Below are positions 27,842-36,757 of a DNA stretch of 64,000 nucleotides, piece after piece (within the stretch, counting starts at the first letter, position 1; each line of letters begins with the position of its first letter). Where the stretch lies: the NCBI GenBank assembly GCA_042090785.1, contig JBELIP010000001.1, forward strand, positions 370,796 to 434,795, in the 5' to 3' direction. Below the pieces are notes generated by a model that searched no databases, had not been told where the DNA came from, and saw only the letters and a program-made list of their open reading frames with translations. Made by a program: the position numbers and the translations under genes. This DNA is from Cellvibrionales bacterium. Lineage in GTDB: Bacteria; Pseudomonadota; Gammaproteobacteria; Pseudomonadales; UBA7434.

Positions 27842-28981
27842 ATGACCGATCCAGTGAGTACACCTGAAGCGGACGCAGACACCACCACCGCTTGCTATAA
27901 CATGCATATTGCTGCCGGTGGGAAAATGGTTGAATTCGCCGGCTACCAAATGCCTGTTCAATACAGTGACGGTATTATGGTCGAGCATTTGCATACGCGA
28001 ACACAGGCGGGTTTATTTGATGTCTCGCATATGGGGCAGGTATTAGTCAGCGGCGCTAACAGTATTGCTGAGCTTGAAAGTATTATTCCGGTCGATATTG
28101 GTGCGTTAGCCATTAACCAGCAAAGTTACGCATTGTTTACCAATGAAAGCGGCGGCATACTCGACGATTTAATTATTACGCGCCTGAGTGAAGATACTTT
28201 TTTCTTGGTGGTTAACGCGGCTTGTAAACAACAAGATATTGCTTACCTAACAAAACACCTTAGTAGCTGTGAAGTCAGTTATCAGTCCCATAAAGCCTTG
28301 CTCGCTTTGCAGGGGCCAAAGGCATGCGAGGTGCTTGCACAATTTGCACCCGCGGTTGAACAATTAGTGTTTATGAATGGCATTAATGTCAGCATTGCTA
28401 ATGTTGAATGTTTTATTACGCGTTCGGGTTATACCGGTGAAGACGGTTTCGAAATATCGATGCTGAATACTGATGCCGAAAAAATTGCCAATATATTACT
28501 CGATAATAAAGCCGTTAAATGGATTGGTCTGGGCGCACGTGATTCTTTACGCTTGGAGTCGGGCCTATGTCTTTATGGTCACGATATGAATGCAGCGACC
28601 ACCGTTATCGAAGCGAGCTTAGCTTGGAGTGTTAGTCGAAGCCGTCGCGCAGATGGCGCTAAAGCCGGTGGCTTTCCTGGCGCCAATATTGTTTTAGAGC
28701 AGTTTAAAAATGGCGCGGCAAAAAAGCGCGTGGGTTTGTCGATAGATGGCCGTGCACCTATTCGTGAGGGCACGGTAATTGTCAATCAAGATGGCGATGA
28801 AATTGGTGTGGTGACGAGCGGTGGTTTTTCGCCTAGCCTCGAAAAACCCATTGCGATGGGTTATGTCGATGCCGCCTATGCAAAGGCAGACAGTAAAGTA
28901 CAGGCGTTAGTTCGCGGTAAGCTTAGACCTATGACCGTGAGCAAATTACCGTTTGTAAAACAAAATTATGTGCGCGGCTAA
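27842..28981 (+). CDS. gcvT: glycine cleavage system aminomethyltransferase (T protein)
   Basis: 379 aa. Motifs include GLFDVSHMGQ and SGYTGEDGFEIS. Confidence 0.9.
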   Translation: MTDPVSTPEADADTTTACYNMHIAAGGKMVEFAGYQMPVQYSDGIMVEHLHTRTQAGLFDVSHMGQVLVSGANSIAELESIIPVDIGALAINQQSYALFTNESGGILDDLIITRLSEDTFFLVVNAACKQQDIAYLTKHLSSCEVSYQSHKALLALQGPKACEVLAQFAPAVEQLVFMNGINVSIANVECFITRSGYTGEDGFEISMLNTDAEKIANILLDNKAVKWIGLGARDSLRLESGLCLYGHDMNAATTVIEASLAWSVSRSRRADGAKAGGFPGANIVLEQFKNGAAKKRVGLSIDGRAPIREGTVIVNQDGDEIGVVTSGGFSPSLEKPIAMGYVDAAYAKADSKVQALVRGKLRPMTVSKLPFVKQNYVRG

Positions 28982-29067
28982 AAATAAATATAGCAGCCAT
29001 TTTCCAGTTCAGAAATAGATAAATAGATAGCTAAATAAAAAATAAATTTAAGCAAAAAGAGATAAAG

Positions 29068-32031
29068 ATGACCGATACGATTGTTAGCAAAAATTCAGTA
29101 AATAAAAATGAGTACGTTGATATGCCTGCAGCGGCAAAAACAGATGTCACGACAGCAACGATTGCATCAGCAGCAAATTTAGCTGTGGTAGTGGATAAAT
29201 TCGAAGACCGCCATGTGGGTTTTTCGGCTGATAACGATACGCAAACTATGTTAACAGCGCTGGGCTATGCATCAATGGATAGCTTTATTCGCGATGTTGT
29301 GCCAAAAAGTATTTATCAGAGCGAGTTATTAAATTTACCTGATGCGCTAAGCGAAGCAGATGCATTGGCGGCATTAAAAACCATTGCTAAAAAGAACTTA
29401 CCGTTTCGATCGATGATTGGGCAGGGTTATTACGGTACGGTTACGCCAACGGTAATACTCAGAAATATTCTTGAAAATCCTGCATGGTATACCGCTTACA
29501 CACCTTATCAGCCAGAAATTTCACAAGGGCGTTTAGAGGCCTTATTGAATTTTCAAACGATGGTATGTGATTTAACCGGCATGGATATCGCTAATGCATC
29601 CATGTTAGATGAAGGCAGTGCCGCTGCCGAAGCCATGGGTTTAGCGAAACGTTCGGCCAAAAATAAAGCCAATACTTTTTTTGTAGATCAAGATTGTTTG
29701 CCACAAACCATTGCCGTTGTTAAAACGCGTGCAGAGGCGGCGGGTTACGATGTTGTAGTGGGGAACCCTCAAACTGATTTACAAAACTACGATTATTTTG
29801 GTGTGCTATTACAGTACCCAGGTTGTTCTGGCGAAATACCAAATTTTGATAACGTTGTGACTGTTGCGCATGAACAAAAAGCGTTAGTTGTTATGGCCGC
29901 TGATATTATGGCCTTAGTTTTATTAAAGTCCCCTGGTGATATAGGTGCCGATGTAGTTGTAGGTAACACTCAGCGCTTTGGTGTGCCTGTTGGTTTTGGT
30001 GGTCCGCATGCTGCATACATGGCAACTAAAAATAAATACCAACGTTCGTTGCCTGGCCGTTTAGTGGGTGTGTCGGTAGATGCTGATGGCAAACCAGCTT
30101 ATCGTTTAGCATTACAAACACGCGAGCAGCATATTCGTCGCGAAAAAGCGACATCTAACATTTGTACTGCGCAGGTATTGTTAGCCGTTATTGCATCAAT
30201 GTACGCCTGTTACCACGGCCCTGTTGGTCTACGGAATATTGCAAGCCGTATACACTCCTTGGCGGCAACGGCTGCTACTGGTCTTGCAGCGTGTGGCTTT
30301 GAAAGAACTAACGTTCGCTTTTTTGATACGCTGACTATTAAGACGGCTGATCAGACACAAGCTATTTACGCGCGCGCGCAACAAGCAAAAATTTATTTAC
30401 GCAAAGTTGATGATGCGCATCTTGGTTTTTCTATTGATGAAACAACAACCGTTGCTGATATTGAATTGCTATGGCAATTATTCTCGCTAGAGAATACGCC
30501 GGCGTATTCTGCAATAGCCGATGCCGTAAATATCGATTTTTCTGCAGCAGGGTTTCGACAAGATGAAGTGTTAAGCCATTCGGTATTTTCACGTTATCAC
30601 TCAGAAACTGAAATGCTACGTTATCTTCGTCGCTTATCGGATAAAGACTTAGCTTTGGATCGCACCATGATTCCGCTAGGTTCTTGCACCATGAAATTAA
30701 ATGCAAGCAGCGAAATGATTCCTGTTACTTGGCCAGAGTTTGGTAGCCCGCATCCTTTTGCGCCGTCAGAGCAGGCGGCAGGTTATCAACAAATGATTGC
30801 TGAGCTAGAAGCGATGTTAGCCGAGTGTACCGGTTATGACGTTGTTTCATTGCAGCCTAACGCTGGTTCTCAGGGAGAGTTTGCTGGCCTGTTAGCGATA
30901 TCGGCTTACCACAAAAGCCGTGGAGACGATGCACGTAATATTTGTCTAATACCCAGTTCAGCTCACGGGACTAATCCTGCTTCTGCCCAAATGTGTAATA
31001 TGAAAGTCGTGGTAGTGGCGTGCGACAGCGATGGCAATGTCGATATTGATGACCTTCGCGTTAAAGCCGATTTACATGCAGACCATCTTGCTGCACTGAT
31101 GGTGACATATCCTTCGACGCATGGCGTTTTTGAAGAACACATTCGTGAGGTTGCCGATATTGTTCATCAGCGCGGTGGCCAGGTCTATGTTGATGGTGCG
31201 AATTTAAATGCCATGGTGGGTTTATGTGGTCCTGGTGATTTTGGTGGTGATGTATCGCACCTTAATTTACATAAAACATTTTGTATTCCTCATGGTGGAG
31301 GTGGCCCAGGTGTTGGCCCTGTTGCGGCTAAGTCGCATTTAGCCCCATTCTTACCCAAGATGGCATCGTTTACAGAAAGTAGTGAGCAAGCACCGCAAGT
31401 GTCCAGCGCGCCATTTGGTTCGGCCAGCATTTTGCCGATTAGCTGGATGTATTTACGCATGATGGGCGCATCGGGTATGCGTCGTGCAACTGAAGCGGCA
31501 ATTTTAAGTGCAAACTATATTGCCTACCGTTTGGCCGATGCTTTTCCGGTTTTATATACCGGTGGTAAAGGTTTAGTGGCGCATGAATGTATTATTGATT
31601 TACGCCCGATAAAAGAAGCAACCGGCATTGCTGTAGAAGATGTTGCCAAGCGTTTAATTGATTATGGTTTTCATGCCCCAACTATGTCCTTTCCTGTTGC
31701 GGGTACATTAATGATAGAGCCGACAGAAAGCGAGGCGTTATGTGAAGTTGATCGTTTTTGTGATGCCATGTTAGCGATTCGTGCAGAGATAGAAAAAGTG
31801 GGTAGCGGTGAGTGGGTGTTAGATGATAATCCATTAGTTAATGCGCCGCATACGGCAGAGCAATTAACAGCTGATAATTGGACGCATGCTTATACGCGAA
31901 CAGAAGCGGCTTACCCATTAGAAAGTTTGCGCAATGACAAATATTTTTCGCCGGTTTCAAGAATTGATAATGTATATGGTGATAGAAACTTGGTTTGTTC
32001 ATGCCCCAGTATTAGTGATTATGTAGAGTGA
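29068..32031 (+). CDS. gcvP: glycine dehydrogenase (decarboxylating), single-chain P protein
   Basis: 987 aa, full-length GcvP. The start could be the internal Met at codon 19, since the N-terminus is about 35 aa longer than the E. coli protein. Confidence 0.92.
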   Translation: MTDTIVSKNSVNKNEYVDMPAAAKTDVTTATIASAANLAVVVDKFEDRHVGFSADNDTQTMLTALGYASMDSFIRDVVPKSIYQSELLNLPDALSEADALAALKTIAKKNLPFRSMIGQGYYGTVTPTVILRNILENPAWYTAYTPYQPEISQGRLEALLNFQTMVCDLTGMDIANASMLDEGSAAAEAMGLAKRSAKNKANTFFVDQDCLPQTIAVVKTRAEAAGYDVVVGNPQTDLQNYDYFGVLLQYPGCSGEIPNFDNVVTVAHEQKALVVMAADIMALVLLKSPGDIGADVVVGNTQRFGVPVGFGGPHAAYMATKNKYQRSLPGRLVGVSVDADGKPAYRLALQTREQHIRREKATSNICTAQVLLAVIASMYACYHGPVGLRNIASRIHSLAATAATGLAACGFERTNVRFFDTLTIKTADQTQAIYARAQQAKIYLRKVDDAHLGFSIDETTTVADIELLWQLFSLENTPAYSAIADAVNIDFSAAGFRQDEVLSHSVFSRYHSETEMLRYLRRLSDKDLALDRTMIPLGSCTMKLNASSEMIPVTWPEFGSPHPFAPSEQAAGYQQMIAELEAMLAECTGYDVVSLQPNAGSQGEFAGLLAISAYHKSRGDDARNICLIPSSAHGTNPASAQMCNMKVVVVACDSDGNVDIDDLRVKADLHADHLAALMVTYPSTHGVFEEHIREVADIVHQRGGQVYVDGANLNAMVGLCGPGDFGGDVSHLNLHKTFCIPHGGGGPGVGPVAAKSHLAPFLPKMASFTESSEQAPQVSSAPFGSASILPISWMYLRMMGASGMRRATEAAILSANYIAYRLADAFPVLYTGGKGLVAHECIIDLRPIKEATGIAVEDVAKRLIDYGFHAPTMSFPVAGTLMIEPTESEALCEVDRFCDAMLAIRAEIEKVGSGEWVLDDNPLVNAPHTAEQLTADNWTHAYTRTEAAYPLESLRNDKYFSPVSRIDNVYGDRNLVCSCPSISDYVE

Positions 32032-32054
32032 CTATATAGAGTGATTATGTAGAG
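32014..32054. repeat. 26-bp-period tandem duplication (about 1.6 copies) spanning the gcvP stop codon
   Basis: AGTGATTATGTAGAG occurs at 32014-32028 and again at 32040-32054. TAGAGTGA occurs at 32024 and 32036. Confidence 0.75.
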
Positions 32055-32103
32055 CAATTTTATAAAATAGACAGTAGATTAGGTTAGCCTTTAAAGTCTG
32101 TTA

Positions 32104-32688
32104 TCAAAATTTATAGCGGAACATTTCTATATCTTTTAGGTAGATTTGACGAATTATTTCCACCGAGTTTTTATTGTAAATGTCTCGGTAATGCGGCTTG
32201 TCAGTTTTAAGTAAATGAGGTAAATCATTGTCAGACTTTCCTATTTTTTTTAAAATCGCTTTTGCATCTTCCCTAAAATTTTCAAAGCGAATGATTTTAT
32301 TAAATTTTACTCTTTCTCTGCCATTATAAAACCATTTGTGTTGTGGCCAAAATAAACGATCGTCTTTATATAGCTCTGGCTGGGTCATTATTTCAGCTAC
32401 AAAATCATTGAATGAAGATAAGTCATAGGGTGCAAGCGCTTCTTTATAGGCTTCGATGTTAAATTGTTTTGCAAGCATGAAGCCGGAATACAGTCTATCC
32501 CATGGGTTTCTAATGGATATGAATGAGCTGTATTCACGCCAATATTTTTTTGGATAAAAATTTGGCTGTGCATGCCTATCACCAGTTTGATTAAGTGTGT
32601 CGGTGTTGAATCCAAATAAGACTTCAATACTTGATCCGGCGCATCGGCATGGATGGATGTATATCACTTTTGACTCGTGGCAAATCAC
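32104..32688 (-). CDS. sulfotransferase-family protein (orphan, GTG start)
   Basis: 194 aa. IYIHPCRCAGSSIE occupies the position of the 5'-PSB loop (usual form PKxGxTS), and RNPWDRLYS matches the 3'-PB motif of Sulfotransfer_2/3-type enzymes. The gene and its flanks are visibly more AT-rich than neighbouring genes. Confidence 0.6.
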   Translation of the reverse strand: MICHESKVIYIHPCRCAGSSIEVLFGFNTDTLNQTGDRHAQPNFYPKKYWREYSSFISIRNPWDRLYSGFMLAKQFNIEAYKEALAPYDLSSFNDFVAEIMTQPELYKDDRLFWPQHKWFYNGRERVKFNKIIRFENFREDAKAILKKIGKSDNDLPHLLKTDKPHYRDIYNKNSVEIIRQIYLKDIEMFRYKF

Positions 32689-32911
32689 TTTAATAGTCTC
32701 TTATTGTTTGTTTGTTTGATTGTTTTTAATAAAAGTAAAAGTGCTACTTATGACTTGGATAGATCATAGATAAAAAAAATTATGGAATCAACAATATAAT
32801 TATGAATCTTTATAGGTAGGGCATGGTCAACTTTATTCATTAATGACAATAAGGATACAGTAAAAAAATCTATCCTTATTTATTTTATTAGACGGGATTC
32901 TTATTTCTGGT

Positions 32912-33418
32912 ATGAAAAAAACAAACATTGCACTTATCGGTATGCCCGGCGCGGGCAAAAGCACGGTGGGAAAATTATTAGTTGAGCGGCTTGGCATGAC
33001 ATTTTGTGATACCGATCAGTTAATTGAAGCTACCCAGAAAAACTCTTTGCAAAGTATTCTTGATGCCAAAGGCTTTGAGCGCTTACGTGCCATTGAAGAG
33101 CAAACTATTTTAGACCATACGTTTAATAACGCGGTTATTGCTACTGGCGGTAGTGCTATTTATGGTGCCAAAGGCATTGCCTATTTACAAAGTTGCGCGA
33201 TGTTGTTTTATCTAGAAGCCTCTATTGAAACATTAACAAAGCGTATTAATAATTGGGGAAGTCGTGGCATTGCCTGTCCGCAGTCGCAAACTTTTGCTGG
33301 TTTGTTTGCCGAGCGAGTACCGCTGTACCAGCAATATGCTGATCATACTGTCGATACCGATAGCAGTGATGAGGCACAAATAGCCGAGCGGATTATTCAC
33401 TTATGGCAACATGGCTAA
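32912..33418 (+). CDS. shikimate kinase family protein
   Basis: 168 aa. It has the Walker A motif GMPGAGKST, the DTD shikimate-binding motif and GFERLRAIEE. The ATGGS motif replaces the usual GGG. It is not next to aroB. Confidence 0.7.
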   Translation: MKKTNIALIGMPGAGKSTVGKLLVERLGMTFCDTDQLIEATQKNSLQSILDAKGFERLRAIEEQTILDHTFNNAVIATGGSAIYGAKGIAYLQSCAMLFYLEASIETLTKRINNWGSRGIACPQSQTFAGLFAERVPLYQQYADHTVDTDSSDEAQIAERIIHLWQHG

Positions 33419-33584
33419 GCATGCCATTGATCCAGTAAGCCGTTATTTCCGTAAAAAAATTAGTGTTTGTGTAATTTCAGCAGAATTCAGGCTTCCCCCT
33501 CAAGTTTGAATCGTTATAATTGCCATCGCTAAAGACCCATGAGCAGGCGCTTGGCGGGTCATTTCTATTATTGAGGATACCTTT

Positions 33585-34001
33585 GTGAAAAAATTGAAGA
33601 TGATTGTTTGTGCAGTGGCCATGCTATCAGCCGCATTAACATCTGTAGTATTGCAAGCCGGATCGATTGAAGACGGGATTATATCTCGCATTCAGGCTGT
33701 TGGTTCTGTCTGTATTGAAGGCGAAGATTGCGCCAAAGTGTTAACGGTAGCTGCCGCGGGTCCTCGTTCGGCTGAAGAGGTTTACAATAAAGGTTGTCTT
33801 GCTTGTCACGCTTCTGGCGCTGCTGGTGCTCCGAAGTTTCGTATCGCTGCTGATTGGACAGATCGTTTAGCTTCGGGTATGGATGCGCTTTATGCTAATG
33901 CGATTAATGGTAAGGGTGCTATGCCTGCTAGGGGTTTGTGTCCTAATTGTTCGGATGATGAGGTGAAGGCTGCTGTTGATTATATGATTGAAGGCCTTTA
34001 G
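33585..34001 (+). CDS. cycB: cytochrome c5
   Basis: 138 aa with a GTG start and a signal peptide. It has the haem site CLACHASGAAGAPK and the disulfide pair CPNCSDDE typical of c5. Confidence 0.85.
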   Translation: MKKLKMIVCAVAMLSAALTSVVLQAGSIEDGIISRIQAVGSVCIEGEDCAKVLTVAAAGPRSAEEVYNKGCLACHASGAAGAPKFRIAADWTDRLASGMDALYANAINGKGAMPARGLCPNCSDDEVKAAVDYMIEGL

Positions 34002-34044
34002 GTAAAAAAATCTATCCTTTATTGTTTTGAGGGTGGAGTTGTTG

Positions 34045-34076
34045 AAACCCGATAACGTGAGTTATCGGGTTTTTTA
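34045..34076 (+). terminator. rho-independent terminator after cytochrome c5, near-identical to the glnA terminator
   Basis: CCCGATAAC-gtga-GTTATCGGG followed by a T6 run. It differs from 26711-26732 at two positions. Confidence 0.85.
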
Positions 34077-34104
34077 TTGGGTTGGGTTTAAGGTTGGGTT
34101 TACA

Positions 34105-34160
34105 GTCAAGGTCAACACCATCGGGCCACCCCCGACTATCTTTTGACTTTGAACCTAACC
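34105..34160. repeat. degenerate copy of the palindromic REP-like element
   Basis: aGTCAAGGTCAACACCATCGGGCCACCCCCGactatCTTTTGACTTTGAAC. The central CATCGGGCCACCCCCG is identical to the copy at 42633. Confidence 0.7.
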
Positions 34161-36275
34161 TTAATCAAACAACCCACGTAAACTATCAATAGTTTGCTGC
34201 GCTTTAGCCGCATTAGCAACGCCACCATCGCCGTCACTAAACCCTACTTTTTGAAGATCCTCAGACGGTAATTCAAGTAAAAACCGACTCGACTGACACT
34301 GTAACGTTTCGCCAAACTGCTTACGCTGTCTAGCCGATGTTAAAGTTAATGTCTGCTGAGCACGCGTAATCCCCACATAAGCTAAGCGACGCTCTTCCTC
34401 AATATTGTCATCTTCAACGCTATTGCGATGCGGCAGAATCTCTTCTTCAAAACCCATAATAAAAACATGCGGAAACTCTAGCCCTTTCGACGCATGCAAA
34501 GTCATTATCTGTACTTTATCGTCAGCTTCTTCTTCCGATTGCTCGTCTAATAAATCACGTAATAATAGTTTCTTTATGACTTCTTCTAGCGTGACATGCT
34601 CTTCGGCCTCGGCTTCACCGACTTCAGGGGCATTATCGTTAGTTTTAAGTAATTCTTTGTTCACTGAGTTCAATAAAAAGTAGACGTTTTCCATTCGTCT
34701 TTCGGCCACGACGGTGCTACTGCTGTTTTGATGCAGCCAACCTAAATAATCGACATCATCAACCATTTCGCGGACGGCTTTCATGGCAAAACCATTATCA
34801 ACCTGACGTTGCAGGCCGCTAAACCAATCGCCAAGCTTGCGCAGCCTAGCAAAACTTGCTTCTGGCATGCGCTGCTGCAAACCTAGCTCATCAATAGCCT
34901 CAAATAAACTGCATTCACGCTCGGTAGCGTATTGACCTAATATCTCTAACGTACTGGTGCCAATTTTGCGCCGAGGGACATTTACAATGCGCAAAAATGC
35001 TGAATCATCATTCGGGTTAACCAACACGCGCAGATAACACATAATGTCTTTGATTTCGCCGCGAGCAAAAAATGAGGTGCCACCATTTAAATGGTAGGGC
35101 ACTTGCTTGGCTTGTAGCTTAAGTTCTAACAGCTTAGATTGGTGGTTACTTCTTACTAGAACGGCAAAATCTTTAAAGCGAGCGGCTTTTTGTAGCTTTT
35201 GCTCCAGAATTTGGTTGGCTATTCGCTCGGTCTCGGCATCTTCGTTGGCAACTTGAATAACTTGAATGCAGTCCCCTAAGCCTTTTTCACTCCATAATTT
35301 CTTATCATAAATATGTGGATTGTTATCAATTAACTGGTTGGCAGAGCGTAAAATACGGTTGGTGGAGCGATAGTTTTGCTCTAATTTAACGACCTTTAGG
35401 CCCTTAAAATCGGCTTCAAGTTGGACTAAATTCTCGGGATTGGCGCCGCGCCACGAGTAGATAGACTGGTCGTCATCGCCAACTACCGATAACTTACCGC
35501 TATCGCCCACAAGCATCTGAACAAGCCGATATTGGCTGATATTAGTGTCTTGATACTCGTCAACAAGCAGATAACGAATCTTATTCTGCCAGCGCTGTAG
35601 GATTTTTTCATTGTTTTCAAATAGTTGAACAGGTAGCGTGATAAGGTCGTCAAAATCAACTGCGTTGTACGAAGTGAGTGCTTGCTCATAGCGCCGGAAA
35701 AGCTCTACAATCCTAGCTTCTTGAGGACTTTCTGCGGTGCCTTGAACAGTAGTAGGGGTTTGACAATCATTTTTCCATTGAGAGATTTGCGATTGGCATA
35801 GGTCTACTAAATTAGCCGCTGCATCACTATGATCAAGAAGCAATTCTTTGAGTAAGGCCTTGGAGTCTTGGTCGTCAAAAATAGAAAAGCCAGGCTTACG
35901 ACCTAAAGCACGAATTTCACGCTGGATAATTTTTAAGCCTAAGTGATGAAAGGTACAAACGGTTAAGCCTCGGCCAGAACTGCCAGGCAGAAGGCGGCCA
36001 ACGCGCTGCTTCATTTCTCGTGCAGCTTTGTTAGTAAAGGTCACTGCGGCAATGTTGTGTGCTTTATAGCCACACTGCAATATGAGCCAAGCGATTTTAC
36101 GAGTAATAACGCTGGTTTTGCCGCTGCCAGCACCCGCTAAGACCAGCAGTGGGCCGTCGATATAGCGAACAGCTTTTTTTTGCGCGGGGTTAAGGTTGCC
36201 AAGTACATTGGCGGCATCGGTATTGAGAGTATGAGTGTTGATGTGCGTTGGTCTACCTAAATCAAAAAAGTGAAT
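34161..36275 (-). CDS. rep: ATP-dependent DNA helicase Rep (start codon unresolved; coordinates give the maximal in-frame span)
   Basis: It is colinear with E. coli Rep from LNPAQKKAVRYIDGPLLVLAGAGSGKT through the C-terminus. The ORF track starts at a TTG (36080) that lies downstream of the Q-motif and Walker A. Upstream, in frame, there is no ATG, GTG or TTG back to the stop at 36279-36281. Confidence 0.85.
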   Translation of the reverse strand: MHFFDLGRPTHINTHTLNTDAANVLGNLNPAQKKAVRYIDGPLLVLAGAGSGKTSVITRKIAWLILQCGYKAHNIAAVTFTNKAAREMKQRVGRLLPGSSGRGLTVCTFHHLGLKIIQREIRALGRKPGFSIFDDQDSKALLKELLLDHSDAAANLVDLCQSQISQWKNDCQTPTTVQGTAESPQEARIVELFRRYEQALTSYNAVDFDDLITLPVQLFENNEKILQRWQNKIRYLLVDEYQDTNISQYRLVQMLVGDSGKLSVVGDDDQSIYSWRGANPENLVQLEADFKGLKVVKLEQNYRSTNRILRSANQLIDNNPHIYDKKLWSEKGLGDCIQVIQVANEDAETERIANQILEQKLQKAARFKDFAVLVRSNHQSKLLELKLQAKQVPYHLNGGTSFFARGEIKDIMCYLRVLVNPNDDSAFLRIVNVPRRKIGTSTLEILGQYATERECSLFEAIDELGLQQRMPEASFARLRKLGDWFSGLQRQVDNGFAMKAVREMVDDVDYLGWLHQNSSSTVVAERRMENVYFLLNSVNKELLKTNDNAPEVGEAEAEEHVTLEEVIKKLLLRDLLDEQSEEEADDKVQIMTLHASKGLEFPHVFIMGFEEEILPHRNSVEDDNIEEERRLAYVGITRAQQTLTLTSARQRKQFGETLQCQSSRFLLELPSEDLQKVGFSDGDGGVANAAKAQQTIDSLRGLFD

Positions 36276-36757
36276 ATTCTAATAGCAGTGAAAGCTCAAT
36301 TAGGCGCAATTACAGCAAAAAATTGCGTTGTTTCGAACAATGATTTGGAACTAAAAATATAACAACGATCCAATAAACTAACGCTGAAGTTTAGCTGAGC
36401 ACAAGCCATAAAAACAACAGCGGTTCACAGAACCGTCAAGTCCGAAGGATAGTTTATCAGGCATTGGCGGTCGGCAGTGAGAAAGAAGCCGATTATTCGC
36501 TAGTTAACGCCTATTTAGCCCCTTAAATAGGCCTTAGGCAGCCAGAAAAAGTACCTAAAAAACAACCAAACTGTAATGGCAGAAACCCGATTTTTGGCCT
36601 AGCCTTAATAGAGTGATTGGAACCCGTCGGCTAAATAAGTGCACAGTAATAAAAATGTTAGTGCTTTAGCTTGGGAAGGCAGTTAAGACAAGGCCTTACA
36701 ACAGGAAGTTAACGATAAGTGAAAGTAACGCAGTAAGCGTTCATTGGAACACCCCAT

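Noticed and set aside
36282-36757. A c-di-GMP (GEMM) riboswitch or other ncRNA in the 480-bp gap upstream of the REC-GGDEF-EAL gene.
   Set aside because: Only short generic hairpins are present (CGGTTC-aca-GAACCG at about 36421 and GCCTATTTA-gcccc-TTAAATAGGC at about 36510). There are no GEMM-like conserved blocks and no terminator.
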